Shown: positions 9,233 through 19,152, counted from the first letter of the stretch. The stretch: 64,000 nucleotides of DNA from Candidatus Aenigmatarchaeota archaeon (GCA_016177025.1 JACOWB010000008.1:14076-78075), one strand, 5' to 3'. The notes: generated by a model from the sequence alone, not told the origin. Made by a program: numbers and translations.

Positions 9233-10039
9233 TTGAGAAAACAAAAAAGGTCAGATAACAGATTATTCTGGAATATGTTTTTCGGACTTGTGGTAGTTCT
9301 GATAGTTCTGTACGGAGTGAACATTTTTATAACTGGCAATATAATCGGTCCTTTAAAAGATTCTGCTGAAAAGGAAAGACCGGCGAACTTGCATCTGGCT
9401 TTAATCACGAATGATTGTGACAACTGTTACGACATGAACAATGCTGCATCATTCATAAAAAGACAGACTACTGTGAAAGTAATTACGGAAAAAAATCTTA
9501 CATATGCCGATAAAGCGGCGCAAGAACTTGTATCTGCGAACAACATCAAAACGCTACCGGCTTTGGTGATTACAGGCGAGACTCTTCAAGATAATGTAAT
9601 GCCATTGTGGAATAGCATGGGTGCAGAATTTGTGGGCAATGTTGTCATTGTAAACGGCATACCACCTTATTACAGTTTAGACGCACAAAAAATCGTGGGA
9701 CTTGTACAAGTAACCAAATTGACAGATAACTCCTGTGCAGAATGCTACGATGTTGAAAACCATATGGCGATATTGCCGAGATTTGGCATCTACATAGACA
9801 AGTCAATACCTTATGATGTGTCCTCAGCCAACGGCAAGACTTTGGTACAGAAGTACAACATAACTAAAGTCCCTACGATAGTCCTTTCATCGGACGCTTC
9901 TGCATACACTTCGCTAAATAATGTATGGGGAGATGTGGGTACTGTTGAAAGCGACGGGCAGTATGTTTTCAGAGCTGTAGAACAGATGGGAACCTATAAA
10001 GATCTTGCTCGGAATAATGTAATCAATGCGACCAGATAA
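9233..10039 (+). CDS. Membrane-anchored protein with two tandem thioredoxin-like CxxC domains
   Basis: CDNCYD...IKTLPALVI and CAECYD...ITKVPTIVL internal repeat. Confidence 0.7.
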   Translation: MRKQKRSDNRLFWNMFFGLVVVLIVLYGVNIFITGNIIGPLKDSAEKERPANLHLALITNDCDNCYDMNNAASFIKRQTTVKVITEKNLTYADKAAQELVSANNIKTLPALVITGETLQDNVMPLWNSMGAEFVGNVVIVNGIPPYYSLDAQKIVGLVQVTKLTDNSCAECYDVENHMAILPRFGIYIDKSIPYDVSSANGKTLVQKYNITKVPTIVLSSDASAYTSLNNVWGDVGTVESDGQYVFRAVEQMGTYKDLARNNVINATR

Positions 10040-10041
10040 AA

Positions 10042-10551
10042 ATGAAAAAGTCAAAAAAAAATCAAAATCTAATTTTAGTTTTTATTATAGTCATTGCTAC
10101 TATCGGTTTGGGACTAGGTTTGTATTCTTTGCTTGCTGTTTCGAAAACTACCGGTTATGTCAGTTTACCTAATAAGCCGATACATTGGCATCCTCACCTT
10201 GAAATAATTATAAAGGGTGAAAAAGTTGTCATACCTACCAACATAGGAATTGGTACAAGTTATTCGGGTAGCCCATTCTACGATTCGATGATGGACATGA
10301 CTAACATGCATACTCATGATGACAGCGGCACATTACACTGGGAAGTTATGATGCATGCACCAACACGTGAAGACATGTACCTCGGTAATTTCTTCCAAGT
10401 CTGGGGAAAGACTTTTAATGAGAATTGCATTTTTGAATTTTGCAACGGTCCTGAAGGAAGTATGAAAGTGTCTGTAAATGGAAAAGAAAATAATGATTTT
10501 GAGAGTTATATTATCAGAGATGGAGATGAAATAGTAATAGAATTTAAGTGA
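10042..10551 (+). CDS. TM + His-cluster domain protein (paralog of 6895 and 14344)
   Basis: HWHPHL, HTHD, LHWE, LGNFF, VNG...IRDGDEIVI. Confidence 0.7.
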   Translation: MKKSKKNQNLILVFIIVIATIGLGLGLYSLLAVSKTTGYVSLPNKPIHWHPHLEIIIKGEKVVIPTNIGIGTSYSGSPFYDSMMDMTNMHTHDDSGTLHWEVMMHAPTREDMYLGNFFQVWGKTFNENCIFEFCNGPEGSMKVSVNGKENNDFESYIIRDGDEIVIEFK

Positions 10552-10556
10552 AGATA

Positions 10557-10694
10557 ATGGTAATAGACCCTGTTTGCAAGATGGAAATCCCCGAAGGAAA
10601 CATCAAAGCCCAAAATAAAGGAAAGACATACTATTTCTGCAGCAGCAACTGCCAAGCTGAATTCATGATATATCCGAATAAGTTTGTAAAATAA
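10557..10694 (+). CDS. YHS/TRASH-domain small metal-binding protein (45 aa)
   Basis: MVIDPVCKM...YYFCSSNCQAEF; not in the ORF track. Confidence 0.85.
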   Translation: MVIDPVCKMEIPEGNIKAQNKGKTYYFCSSNCQAEFMIYPNKFVK

Positions 10695-10703
10695 TATAAT
10701 TAT

Positions 10704-12776
10704 ATGACTGTAGATCCTGTCTGCGGAATGTATGTCGATGAAAAGAAAGCTATCTTCAAGAAGGATATCGACAGTAAGACTATTTATTTCTGTAGTGAAA
10801 ATTGCCTGAAAACTTATGAGTCCCGTGAAAAGGAATTCAAAAAATTAAGATTACTTGTTATCCTAAGCGGATTGATAGCTGTTCCTGTGGTTGCTTTGTC
10901 ATTCTTTTACAAACTCCCGTACAATAATTGGATTCTGCTTTTGCTCGCTACGCCAGTGCAGTTTGTTGCGGGCTGGAGGTTTTACAAAGGCATGTGGGAC
11001 GGGCTGAAAGCTAGAAGCGCGAATATGGACACGCTAATCGCAACCGGAACTTCTGCCGCATGGTTTTATAGTGTGTCGGTGGTTTTCTTCCCAGCAATCT
11101 TTACAGGAGAAACTTATTTTGACGCTTCTGTAATCATCATCGCACTTGTATTATTCGGAAAGCTTTTGGAAGAAATTGCCAAAGGGAAGGCATCCGAATC
11201 CATCAAAAAATTGATGGGATTGCAACCGAAAACTGCACGGATAATTAAAAACGGAAAGGAGGTTGAGATTCCTATCGAAAATGTTCAAATTAATGACATA
11301 ATTGTTGTCAGACCAGGAGAAAAGTTCCCTGTTGATGGCATTGTCGTTGAAGGGGAGTCCTCTGTTGATGAAAGCATGATTACTGGTGAATCGATGCCGG
11401 TGACAAAAAGGAAAGGTGATGAAGTCATTGGTGCGACTATAAATAAATCCGGATTGCTGAGATTCAAAGCCACTAAGGTCGGCAAGGATACTGTCCTGCA
11501 GCAGATAATTAAAGTTGTTCAGGAAGCGCAAACTGGCAAAGCACCTATACAGAGACTGGCTGACAAAGTTGCGTCTATCTTCACCCCGAGTGTTATCGCT
11601 GTTGCCATCTTATCGGGAATATTATGGTTCTTTCTGGGGCAGAATTTCATTTTTGCATTGACGATATTCATTACGGTTCTGATAATAGCATGCCCGTGTG
11701 CATTGGGAATAGCCACGCCAACCGCAATTCTGGTAGGTACAGGATTGGGAGCTCAGAATGGAATTTTAATCAAGGGTGGCGAAGCATTGGAAATCGCCAA
11801 GAAAATAAACACAATAATTTTTGACAAGACTGGAACACTGACGAAAGGCGAACCTTCTGTTACTGATGTTGTAAGACTAGGAAATGTGAAAGAGAACGAA
11901 GTTTTGAGATTGGCTGCCATTGCCGAAGTAGGCTCTGAACATCCTATCGGGGAAGCTATCGTTAAGAAAGCCATGGAAAGTAATCTGACACTGCCGAATG
12001 TAAAATCTTACCAGACTGTTTCTGGTAAAGGAATTAAAGTCACATATCTGAATAAAAGGATTCTGGTGGGCAACAGGACTTTCATGAAAGAGAATGGAAT
12101 TGTTATCACAGAGCTTGAAGGTGAGATACAAAAACTGGAAGATGAGGGGAAAACGACTGTGATTGTTGCTTATGGTGATAAAGTTATCGGATTGATTGGA
12201 GTTGCAGATACTCTTAAAGAGTTTTCGAAGGATGCTGTTCAACAGCTGAAGAAAATGGGGATTGGTGTCTGGATGATTACAGGGGATAATGAGAGAACTG
12301 CAAATTCTATTGCAAGTGACGTTGGCATTGATTATGTTATGGCGGGCGTCTTGCCTGAGGATAAAGCGAAGAAGGTGAAAGAACTGCAGGATAAAGGAAT
12401 GATAGTCTCCGCTGTTGGTGACGGAATTAATGATGCTCCCATGCTGGCACAGGCTGATTTGGGAATTGCGATAGGTTCTGGAACAGATGTTGCACTTGAG
12501 ACAGGTAAGATAGTTCTGATTAAGAATGATTTGAGAGATGTTGTTACTTCGATTGACTTGAGCAAGTATACTGTCAACAAGATAAAACAGAATCTTTTTT
12601 GGGCATTCTTTTACAATACTGTCGGGATACCGTTAGCTGCAGGAATATTATATCCATTCTTCGGATTGTTGCTTTCGCCGATAATTGCTGGTGCAGCCAT
12701 GGCATTTAGCTCATTTTCTGTAGTTGGAAATTCACTTTTAATGAGAATGTACAGACCAAGAATACAAACGAAATAA
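10704..12776 (+). CDS. copA: Cu(I)-translocating P1B-type ATPase with N-terminal YHS domain
   Basis: DPVCGM/FCSENC, TGES, CPCALG, DKTGT, EHP, GDGIND, YN and MAFSS motifs. Confidence 0.95.
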   Translation: MTVDPVCGMYVDEKKAIFKKDIDSKTIYFCSENCLKTYESREKEFKKLRLLVILSGLIAVPVVALSFFYKLPYNNWILLLLATPVQFVAGWRFYKGMWDGLKARSANMDTLIATGTSAAWFYSVSVVFFPAIFTGETYFDASVIIIALVLFGKLLEEIAKGKASESIKKLMGLQPKTARIIKNGKEVEIPIENVQINDIIVVRPGEKFPVDGIVVEGESSVDESMITGESMPVTKRKGDEVIGATINKSGLLRFKATKVGKDTVLQQIIKVVQEAQTGKAPIQRLADKVASIFTPSVIAVAILSGILWFFLGQNFIFALTIFITVLIIACPCALGIATPTAILVGTGLGAQNGILIKGGEALEIAKKINTIIFDKTGTLTKGEPSVTDVVRLGNVKENEVLRLAAIAEVGSEHPIGEAIVKKAMESNLTLPNVKSYQTVSGKGIKVTYLNKRILVGNRTFMKENGIVITELEGEIQKLEDEGKTTVIVAYGDKVIGLIGVADTLKEFSKDAVQQLKKMGIGVWMITGDNERTANSIASDVGIDYVMAGVLPEDKAKKVKELQDKGMIVSAVGDGINDAPMLAQADLGIAIGSGTDVALETGKIVLIKNDLRDVVTSIDLSKYTVNKIKQNLFWAFFYNTVGIPLAAGILYPFFGLLLSPIIAGAAMAFSSFSVVGNSLLMRMYRPRIQTK

Positions 12777-12799
12777 CATTTAAAAGCAATAGTGATTGT

Positions 12800-13306
12800 A
12801 TGAAAACTCTATGGATAGCACTAGCAAGCATCCTTGCTTTAGTCACTTCTGCATATGCCCATATGGAAACATCTTCTGTCGAAGACATGATGGGTTCTAT
12901 GATGGCTGAGCAAAATGCTAGCGAGTTGGGACAATTAGATTGTAGCAAAATACCTGACAGTGAATTCGAAGAACTTGGCGACGCTACGATGGAAAGAATG
13001 GTAGGTGGTAGTGAATTACACGAGCAGATGGATACTATGATGGGTGGGGAAGGTTCTGCGAGTTTGACGCAAATGCATATTATAATGGGAAAGAACTGGT
13101 TGAGTTGCACGAGTCTCCAAGGCATGATGGGAAGCAATATGATGCCTATGATGATGAGAATGATGGGAAATTACTATCCATCTTATTACACAGGTTATAA
13201 TGCAGCTTTAATTTTTGCTATACTTGGTTGGGGATTGGCTGCTGTATTGATTGTGATTTTGGTTTTAATTCTCACGGGCAACATTAAAATTAAAAAAAGA
13301 AAATAA
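12800..13306 (+). CDS. Secreted, C-terminally anchored Met/His-rich protein (putative Cu binding)
   Basis: Signal peptide, many Met pairs (MMGSMM, HEQMDTMMGG, MMPMMMRMM), C-terminal TM; follows copA. Confidence 0.7.
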   Translation: MKTLWIALASILALVTSAYAHMETSSVEDMMGSMMAEQNASELGQLDCSKIPDSEFEELGDATMERMVGGSELHEQMDTMMGGEGSASLTQMHIIMGKNWLSCTSLQGMMGSNMMPMMMRMMGNYYPSYYTGYNAALIFAILGWGLAAVLIVILVLILTGNIKIKKRK

Positions 13307-13357
13307 CGGAAGGTAGGATATTAACTATCTTAATTCCGCTAGTTCACTTGAAAAACT

Positions 13358-13624
13358 CTAAGAAATATCACGATAAGTATCGTACATGAAAGTGCATTCT
13401 TTATTATGTTTCGCCAACAGCTTTTTCACACGATTAAAAATCGCATCAGATTTTATCTCCTTTCTACCCTTCGCCAACAGTTGTATATTCTCCATGATGT
13501 CTCTGGAAATTTTCTTTGCTATTTTTTCTTCCATCTCAGCACTTAAGCAGGCATTATAAACAGACTTGTACAGCTTCGCTCCACTGAATTTCTCCTTTTT
13601 ATTACTTCTTTTTACGACGTACAT
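13358..13624 (-). CDS. Stand-alone ATP-cone domain protein
   Basis: VVKRSNKKEKFSGAKL..S..A pattern; GGTGA RBS before the ATG at 13624. Confidence 0.75.
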   Translation of the reverse strand: MYVVKRSNKKEKFSGAKLYKSVYNACLSAEMEEKIAKKISRDIMENIQLLAKGRKEIKSDAIFNRVKKLLAKHNKECTFMYDTYRDIS

Positions 13625-13628
13625 AACT

Positions 13629-14351
13629 TCACCCAAAGTTTATCGTACCGTTCGCTATTAATATTAATAGCCAACTCAAACCGATTAAAAGCAATCCTGT
13701 AAACAATCGCATGTGTGCACGATATTTTTGTTTCCATATTTTTATGCTAGTTATTCTTGCACCAATTAAAAATATAATCAGAATTACAATTAAAGGTAAA
13801 ACAAAAATCAAATTATACAAAACTAATAAACTGAATGCGGTAAAGTCGAAATGTTGTGATAGAAGTAGAATGATGGCAAGATAAGGTCCGCCAGTGCATG
13901 GTAACTCGATAGCAGCTACGAAAGCACCGAGGAATAGTAAACTTGGAAATGTTATTTTTGTTGAATACTCGCTTATTTTCTTCGCCATACTAGGTGCGAT
14001 ACTTAAACTGAATCCTTTTCCATACCATAAGAAATCTTTTATTTCCACTAGTCCGGCTAATGTCAATACCGATGCAACAGCAACGCTAATATATGCGGCT
14101 ACGACAAGTGGAATTTGGCTAAGAAATGTCATCAGTCCCAAACCCGCTAAAAGATAAGTTGTAAAAACAGCGCCAATATAAGCCAGACCAAATATAAACA
14201 TCTTCCTCTTTGTCTGACGCATTATTAAAAATGTCGACAAAAGTAGAAGCAACACCCCGATAGCACAAGGATTGATAGAATCTACTAATGCAGTCGCCAT
14301 TACAATACCCAATGCAGGCAACCCGGCCTCTACAACCATATTATCACTCAA
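13629..14351 (-). CDS. CcdA/DsbD-like transmembrane electron transporter
   Basis: Six TM helices with DSINPCA and ELPCTGGPY cysteine pair, LYNLIFVLP. Confidence 0.8.
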   Translation of the reverse strand: MSDNMVVEAGLPALGIVMATALVDSINPCAIGVLLLLLSTFLIMRQTKRKMFIFGLAYIGAVFTTYLLAGLGLMTFLSQIPLVVAAYISVAVASVLTLAGLVEIKDFLWYGKGFSLSIAPSMAKKISEYSTKITFPSLLFLGAFVAAIELPCTGGPYLAIILLLSQHFDFTAFSLLVLYNLIFVLPLIVILIIFLIGARITSIKIWKQKYRAHMRLFTGLLLIGLSWLLILIANGTINFG

Positions 14352-15018
14352 AAACTATTTTTATGAAATCACCTGGTGGAACCTGTGAATAAGGTGAGAT
14401 GATGTAATCACGATAATTTCCCGTGTAAAGTTTATCATTTACAGACATTTCCACGCTTCCTTTCTTCCCATCAGGACAATAATCACCGTTTCCAACGTTT
14501 AGAATTTTCTCATTTGAGAAAGGAACATCGATTGCATCGAAAAAGTTACCGAGAGTGGCATCTTCTCTTTCTTTCATGACACCCTCCAAATGAATTCTAT
14601 AATCACCGTGATGATGAATTTCTTCTGTTCCAATTCTGTTTGCCAACCCTGTCGGTTCAGGTAAAACAACTTTTTGACCACATATCCAAATTTCAAAATC
14701 AGCATGCCAGTGTACCAATCCCTTACTCCAAGATGTTAATGACATGTACACAGTATTTCCAACAAGATACCCGGTAGATACAACAGCTGACACAACTATT
14801 ATCCCAAAAATAATTCTTTTTTGACTCTCCTTCAAACTATCTTTATAAGTTAACAACATTGTTGTTGATGCGAGTATAACAACAACTGTTAGAGCTAGTA
14901 CAGTTGTTGAACTAAATTGGTGAGTTAGACTTTCTGAAGCAGTTTCGTGTAGTTCTCCTGTATGAGCAAACGTAGCAGGCATCAGAAAGATAAACAATAC
15001 CAAGCTGGCAAGTCTCAT
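14344..15018 (-). CDS. Membrane protein with C-terminal His-cluster domain (third paralog)
   Basis: Signal/AHTGELHE, TM helices, HWHADF, HHHGD, IHLE, LGNFF, PPGDFIKI; likely start MRLAS at 15018. Confidence 0.7.
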   Translation of the reverse strand: MRLASLVLFIFLMPATFAHTGELHETASESLTHQFSSTTVLALTVVVILASTTMLLTYKDSLKESQKRIIFGIIVVSAVVSTGYLVGNTVYMSLTSWSKGLVHWHADFEIWICGQKVVLPEPTGLANRIGTEEIHHHGDYRIHLEGVMKEREDATLGNFFDAIDVPFSNEKILNVGNGDYCPDGKKGSVEMSVNDKLYTGNYRDYIISPYSQVPPGDFIKIVFE

Positions 15019-15022
15019 GAAA

Positions 15023-15208
15023 TCAACAAACCTCACATATGTTAGCTTTCTTTTTCTTTCCCTTATGTTTTTCGTAATGTTGAACGCATTTTCCGCAACA
15101 AAATAATCGTTTATGAACATGGACTTTCTTTCTTAGATGAAGAGTCTTGCCACATTCATAACATTTCTCCAAGTTTGTTGCTTTCCACGAGAGAATTTTT
15201 TTAATCAT
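15023..15208 (-). CDS. Small Cys-rich TRASH/zinc-finger-like protein
   Basis: CYECG...FCCGKC...CEVC. Confidence 0.7.
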   Translation of the reverse strand: MIKKILSWKATNLEKCYECGKTLHLRKKVHVHKRLFCCGKCVQHYEKHKGKKKKANICEVC

Positions 15209-15260
15209 TTAATATTTATTGGGTTTAATAGTAAATAAATTTGAAAATAGAAGAATTAAC

Positions 15261-15548
15261 ATGGCATTGGATAAAAGAACTGTCTTGAAAGAACTTGAGA
15301 AGGTGATGGATCCCGAATTAGGTGTGCCAATAACGGAAATGGAACTAGTGGACAAGATAGAAATAAAAGACGGGGAAGTTACTGTGGACTTTCACTTGAC
15401 AGCCCCCTATTGTCCTCCTATGCTTGCGATGAAGATGGCTTATGACATAAAGGAAATTGTCTCTCATATTCCTGAAGTGAAGTCTGTAAAGCTGAACATG
15501 AGCGGACATTATCTTTCTGCCGAGTTGAATAAGGAAGTTAATAAATAA
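15261..15548 (+). CDS. DUF59/SufT (PaaD-like) metal-sulfur cluster maturation protein
   Basis: VMDPELG..I.E..LV, LTAPYCP. Confidence 0.85.
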   Translation: MALDKRTVLKELEKVMDPELGVPITEMELVDKIEIKDGEVTVDFHLTAPYCPPMLAMKMAYDIKEIVSHIPEVKSVKLNMSGHYLSAELNKEVNK

Positions 15549-15578
15549 TTTAAATAAGTTGTGTTGCATTAGATTGTT

Positions 15579-15804
15579 ATGCCGAAAGGTACGATATATT
15601 TTTACGCAGATGGGAGAAACAGGTCGGGATTGTATGGGTATAATGTCCTAGGAACCATAGGAACCATCATAGCGTCTGATAGCGGATTAACTGGAAATGA
15701 ACTTTTAAGTGGCGAAAAGGTACGATAGTAATAATTATTCATGTAACTTCACAGGTATTCCCCACGGCTTACAGGAAGATCTCAAGAGACGGCTAAGGCG
15801 CTAA
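15579..15804 (+). pseudogene. Possible frameshifted orphan ORF (49-aa ORF 15579-15728 plus a continuation in another frame)
   Basis: TATA-like tttaaata ~25 nt upstream of ATG; second frame ends ...QEDLKRRLRR* at 15804. Confidence 0.25.
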
Positions 15805-15890
15805 TTAAACTATTTCTCTTCTCCTGTAGCAAACATTTCATACAAGTTAATTAAATAGTTGTCTGGCTATATTTTTTAAAGGTTTATTTA

Positions 15891-16466
15891 ATGGATTTAA
15901 GACAGATCGCAGTTGCAGCCGCAGTAGCCATCCTGTCAGCCGTGTTTGTCATTCTCCTGATTGATCTTTTGTATGAGGAACCGCAGTGGAATGATTACTG
16001 CAAAAATGACTACGGACCACGTGCCAAGCCTGTTCCTGCAGGCGTCGAACTCAAATGTGATTATGAATACGGCGAGGAAGAGCAGAAATGCATGGAAGAC
16101 GGGGGATTAATAAGAACCAAGTTGAATGAATCTGGATGCCCTGTATTTGATTATTGCGATCCTTGTAGCAAAGATTATGACGCGACTAGAAAGATATACA
16201 CTAGAAATGTTTTCATTATTGCTGGAGTGATTGGTGTAATTGCTATATTCGCCGGTACTTTATGGAAGATTGAATTCCTTGCAAGCGGATTGATGTTCGG
16301 CGGGTTGATTTTATTGTTCTATGCAACCGTCAGGTTTTTCGGAGATGCGGACAAGCTGTTGAGGGTAATAATTATTTTCGTCGAGCTTCTACTTGTCCTG
16401 TGGATAGGATATAAAAAGCTGTACAAAAGTGAAGGTAAGAAAGAAAAACGAAAGAAAAAATCTTAA
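15891..16466 (+). CDS. Hypothetical membrane protein with Cys-rich external loop
   Basis: TM1, loop with six Cys, three further TMs, basic tail. Confidence 0.7.
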   Translation: MDLRQIAVAAAVAILSAVFVILLIDLLYEEPQWNDYCKNDYGPRAKPVPAGVELKCDYEYGEEEQKCMEDGGLIRTKLNESGCPVFDYCDPCSKDYDATRKIYTRNVFIIAGVIGVIAIFAGTLWKIEFLASGLMFGGLILLFYATVRFFGDADKLLRVIIIFVELLLVLWIGYKKLYKSEGKKEKRKKKS

Positions 16467-16822
16467 GATTTCCTTGCTAGCTGGTAGACAGCCTTGACTG
16501 CCACGATTACTGCAGCGGGTGCCACGAACGTTGAGATGTTAACCAAGATAGCACCTAAATAGTCGCCTACTCCCGGCAATATTCCATAGCCAGCTGAACC
16601 TGCTACAAGCAGAGCTACAGCTGCCAACAGGAATCCGTGCGACTCTTTTGAAGTAACGTTAACCAATCCTACAATAATTCCAAGAACTACGAGGACTGCC
16701 GTTACTGTCGTGGCTGCTAGTGCCTGTGGGAACAACCCAAGGACTATAGCTAGCAAAAGTCCGACTAGAAAAGCCCATTCTCCAACTCTGGGAGCTGAAG
16801 CGGCTTTACGTCTTGTTGCCAT
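16463..16822 (-). CDS. Small 4-TM membrane protein
   Basis: Hydrophobic throughout, GLVNVTSKE..FL and FVAPAA motifs. Confidence 0.7.
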   Translation of the reverse strand: MATRRKAASAPRVGEWAFLVGLLLAIVLGLFPQALAATTVTAVLVVLGIIVGLVNVTSKESHGFLLAAVALLVAGSAGYGILPGVGDYLGAILVNISTFVAPAAVIVAVKAVYQLARKS

Positions 16823-16909
16823 ATAATATTATTTAAAGAACCTGTCTTTTAAAGGTATCTTTTGATTGGAGATAATATCTTTATAAATATGCGTTATCTT
16901 ATTTTAAAT

Positions 16910-17230
16910 ATGCCTACGTATAGTAAAAACGTTGGTGTAGCAAATCATGCCGTCACACGATATAGACAACGTGTGAATGATGGTAAAAAAGGTCTCACCC
17001 ACAAACAAATAGAGAGAAAAATTAAAGATGCCCTCAGCGATGTTAACCCATCCAGTTTACCTGAACTAAATGGTGGAGGTTATGCGGCTCCAGTTAGATT
17101 TAATACAAATAGGGGACATACTAGAAACTACTATTGTATCCTAAAACCTAGCTACAATAAAGATGAATGGTCTGTGGTGAGTTTGCTGACTGAAGATATG
17201 CTAGATGGCGATATACGAAATCTTATTTGA
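16910..17230 (+). CDS. Hypothetical protein with HA..R...R motif (DUF4258/RelE-like fold possible)
   Basis: ANHAVTRYRQRV N-terminus, C-terminal VVSLLT; TATA ~25 nt upstream. Confidence 0.5.
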   Translation: MPTYSKNVGVANHAVTRYRQRVNDGKKGLTHKQIERKIKDALSDVNPSSLPELNGGGYAAPVRFNTNRGHTRNYYCILKPSYNKDEWSVVSLLTEDMLDGDIRNLI

Positions 17231-17495
17231 AAATATGGAACTCGTCGAATTCTTTTATAGGTTCCTCTTCTCTTACTTCAACCTTATCGACAATAGCCAA
17301 CAGAGGACCTTTCTTGCATTTTTCTACGAGTTCTGATATAGAATTCTCCTCTCCTTCGAAGAGAGCCTCTACAGTGCCGTCAAAATTGTTCTTCACCCAG
17401 CCTGTAATCCCCAGTTTATCTGCATTTTTCCTGACGAAATTCCTGAATCCCACATGCTGGACAATACCATGTATCCTGGCGTTTATTCTTTTCAT
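17223..17495 (-). CDS. acyP: Acylphosphatase
   Basis: HGIVQHVGFR, GWVKNNFDGTVE, KGP. Confidence 0.9.
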   Translation of the reverse strand: MKRINARIHGIVQHVGFRNFVRKNADKLGITGWVKNNFDGTVEALFEGEENSISELVEKCKKGPLLAIVDKVEVREEEPIKEFDEFHIFK

Positions 17496-17514
17496 ACTCC
17501 CACAGTTAATTGGT

Positions 17515-18348
17515 TTATTTTGACGGTAATTGCAAAAAATAACCCAAAATTATAAGAATGATACCAGCAACTGTCAAATAGCTTTCCTTTCTGAAATTAC
17601 TTCGTACCATTTCATTTAGATATTCATCTTTTAAAAACATGTGATCTGCGCCTTCAATGATTTTTAAATCCTTAGGTTCATTCGCATTCTCAAATAAAGC
17701 TTGTGCATTCTTTACTGGAACTATGTCATCATTGTCACCTTGGATTATTCTGACGGGTCGTTTAACATTCTTTATTATCTTGGTACCGTCGTATTCTTGA
17801 AGGTCTTCTATGAAAGAGTGATGTAATTTTATGTGCCCTCTTTTGTAGCTTTGATAATCTAGCGAACCTTCTTGTAGCCACTTCGTGATTGTATTTTCAT
17901 CAAACAAGTTCTGCCATTCTCTTTTAGCTGGTGCTGATATAGGGACTATTGCTTTAATTCTTTTGTCAGTTGTCGATGCAACTACAGCAGTAAGCCCACC
18001 AAGTGAATGGCCGGTTAATCCGATTTTATTTCTATCAACAAATTTCAAATCTTCTACAAAGTTCATAGCAGATATCGTATCGTTGACTTGATGGCTCAAC
18101 ATCATATCTTCGCATTTCCCTTCACTCTCACCGATGCAGTCAGAAAAATCAAATCTTAGAGCAACAAATCCATTTTCTACAAATGTCTTACCCAATTCAT
18201 GTAAAGGTTTGAACTCTTTGAATCCTGTGAACCCGTGACAAATCACAACCGCGGGTAGTTTACCGTCTGTATCAGGCTTATCTAAAATACCAGCAAGATT
18301 CAACCCTCTACTATTTTGAAAGGATACTTTTTCACTTGTCATCGGCAT
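17515..18348 (-). CDS. Alpha/beta-fold serine hydrolase
   Basis: CHGFTG, GHSLGG nucleophile elbow, GDNDDIV, GADH triad; atypical hydrophobic C-terminal tail. Confidence 0.85.
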   Translation of the reverse strand: MPMTSEKVSFQNSRGLNLAGILDKPDTDGKLPAVVICHGFTGFKEFKPLHELGKTFVENGFVALRFDFSDCIGESEGKCEDMMLSHQVNDTISAMNFVEDLKFVDRNKIGLTGHSLGGLTAVVASTTDKRIKAIVPISAPAKREWQNLFDENTITKWLQEGSLDYQSYKRGHIKLHHSFIEDLQEYDGTKIIKNVKRPVRIIQGDNDDIVPVKNAQALFENANEPKDLKIIEGADHMFLKDEYLNEMVRSNFRKESYLTVAGIILIILGYFLQLPSK

Positions 18349-18982
18349 CGCTGGTCACATAACCTTTCACGAGCAACCTTCCCAATTCAGTCAACCTTAC
18401 TTTTATTCTTCCTCTTTTTTCTTCAGTTTCAACCAGTCCCATCGTTTTCAATCCTTCTGATTTTACATTTCCGTTTATGTGGTAAACTAACAGAGGCAGG
18501 CTCATCTTGACTCTCTTGCTCAGGTCTTCTAAAGAAGAACAGCAGTCGATCTCTTTTGATAAAGTTTTAAGTACCGACATCTTCTTATCTGACAAGAGTT
18601 TGTAATATGAAAATTTTAGGATGGGAAACATCATCACTTTATCATCCATTACATCTATAGCCTTCAATCCATTGACAAATGCTGCGCTAGTTGCCGCACA
18701 CATCATGTTCCTATCAGCAGCTGCTACATTTACTATAACTTTTTCTTTGTTAATTGCAGCAATATTAGAAATCACCTTGAAAGTTTCCTCCCACAGGTTT
18801 CCTTCTATTGTTACCGTGTCAACATCTATTCGAAATTTTGAGAAATCTTTTTTTATTTTTTCTACTTGATTTGATTTATCTTCCGTTGTTATGGCAACAA
18901 GCCTTTCTATTGGAAATTCATTAATTGAAGCGTATAGTGCATCTGGATTGTCGCCTATCGGAGCTATCATTGTGTATTTCAT
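18332..18982 (-). CDS. CARF-like (Csa3/DUF6293-type) Rossmann domain + winged-helix transcriptional regulator
   Basis: beta1 IAPIG, VIVNVAAADR, C-terminal SLEDLSKRVKMSLPLLVYH HTH and GLVE...RLTELG wing. Confidence 0.7.
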   Translation of the reverse strand: MKYTMIAPIGDNPDALYASINEFPIERLVAITTEDKSNQVEKIKKDFSKFRIDVDTVTIEGNLWEETFKVISNIAAINKEKVIVNVAAADRNMMCAATSAAFVNGLKAIDVMDDKVMMFPILKFSYYKLLSDKKMSVLKTLSKEIDCCSSLEDLSKRVKMSLPLLVYHINGNVKSEGLKTMGLVETEEKRGRIKVRLTELGRLLVKGYVTSDADDK

Positions 18983-19152
18983 GATAAACTAAACGTCTCC
19001 TTATCTTTTAAGGTTTATGTTTAACTGGTAAATGATAGTTTATTTTGATTGTTCCACTGAATTTCTTCACATGTTGAATAAGTAAAATCCAGTTTAAGCT
19101 TTAAACAGCATCATTATCCAATTCGTTCGATAAGATTATAGTGGGTGAGAAA

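Noticed and set aside
12860-13170. ATG-rich quasi-repeats as a DNA repeat array
   Set aside because: Explained by Met-rich coding sequence, with no regular period or spacers.
15584-15727. Short repeats aaaggtacgata (x2) and taggaacca (x2) as element ends
   Set aside because: Too short and not associated with any mobility gene, so probably chance or local slippage.
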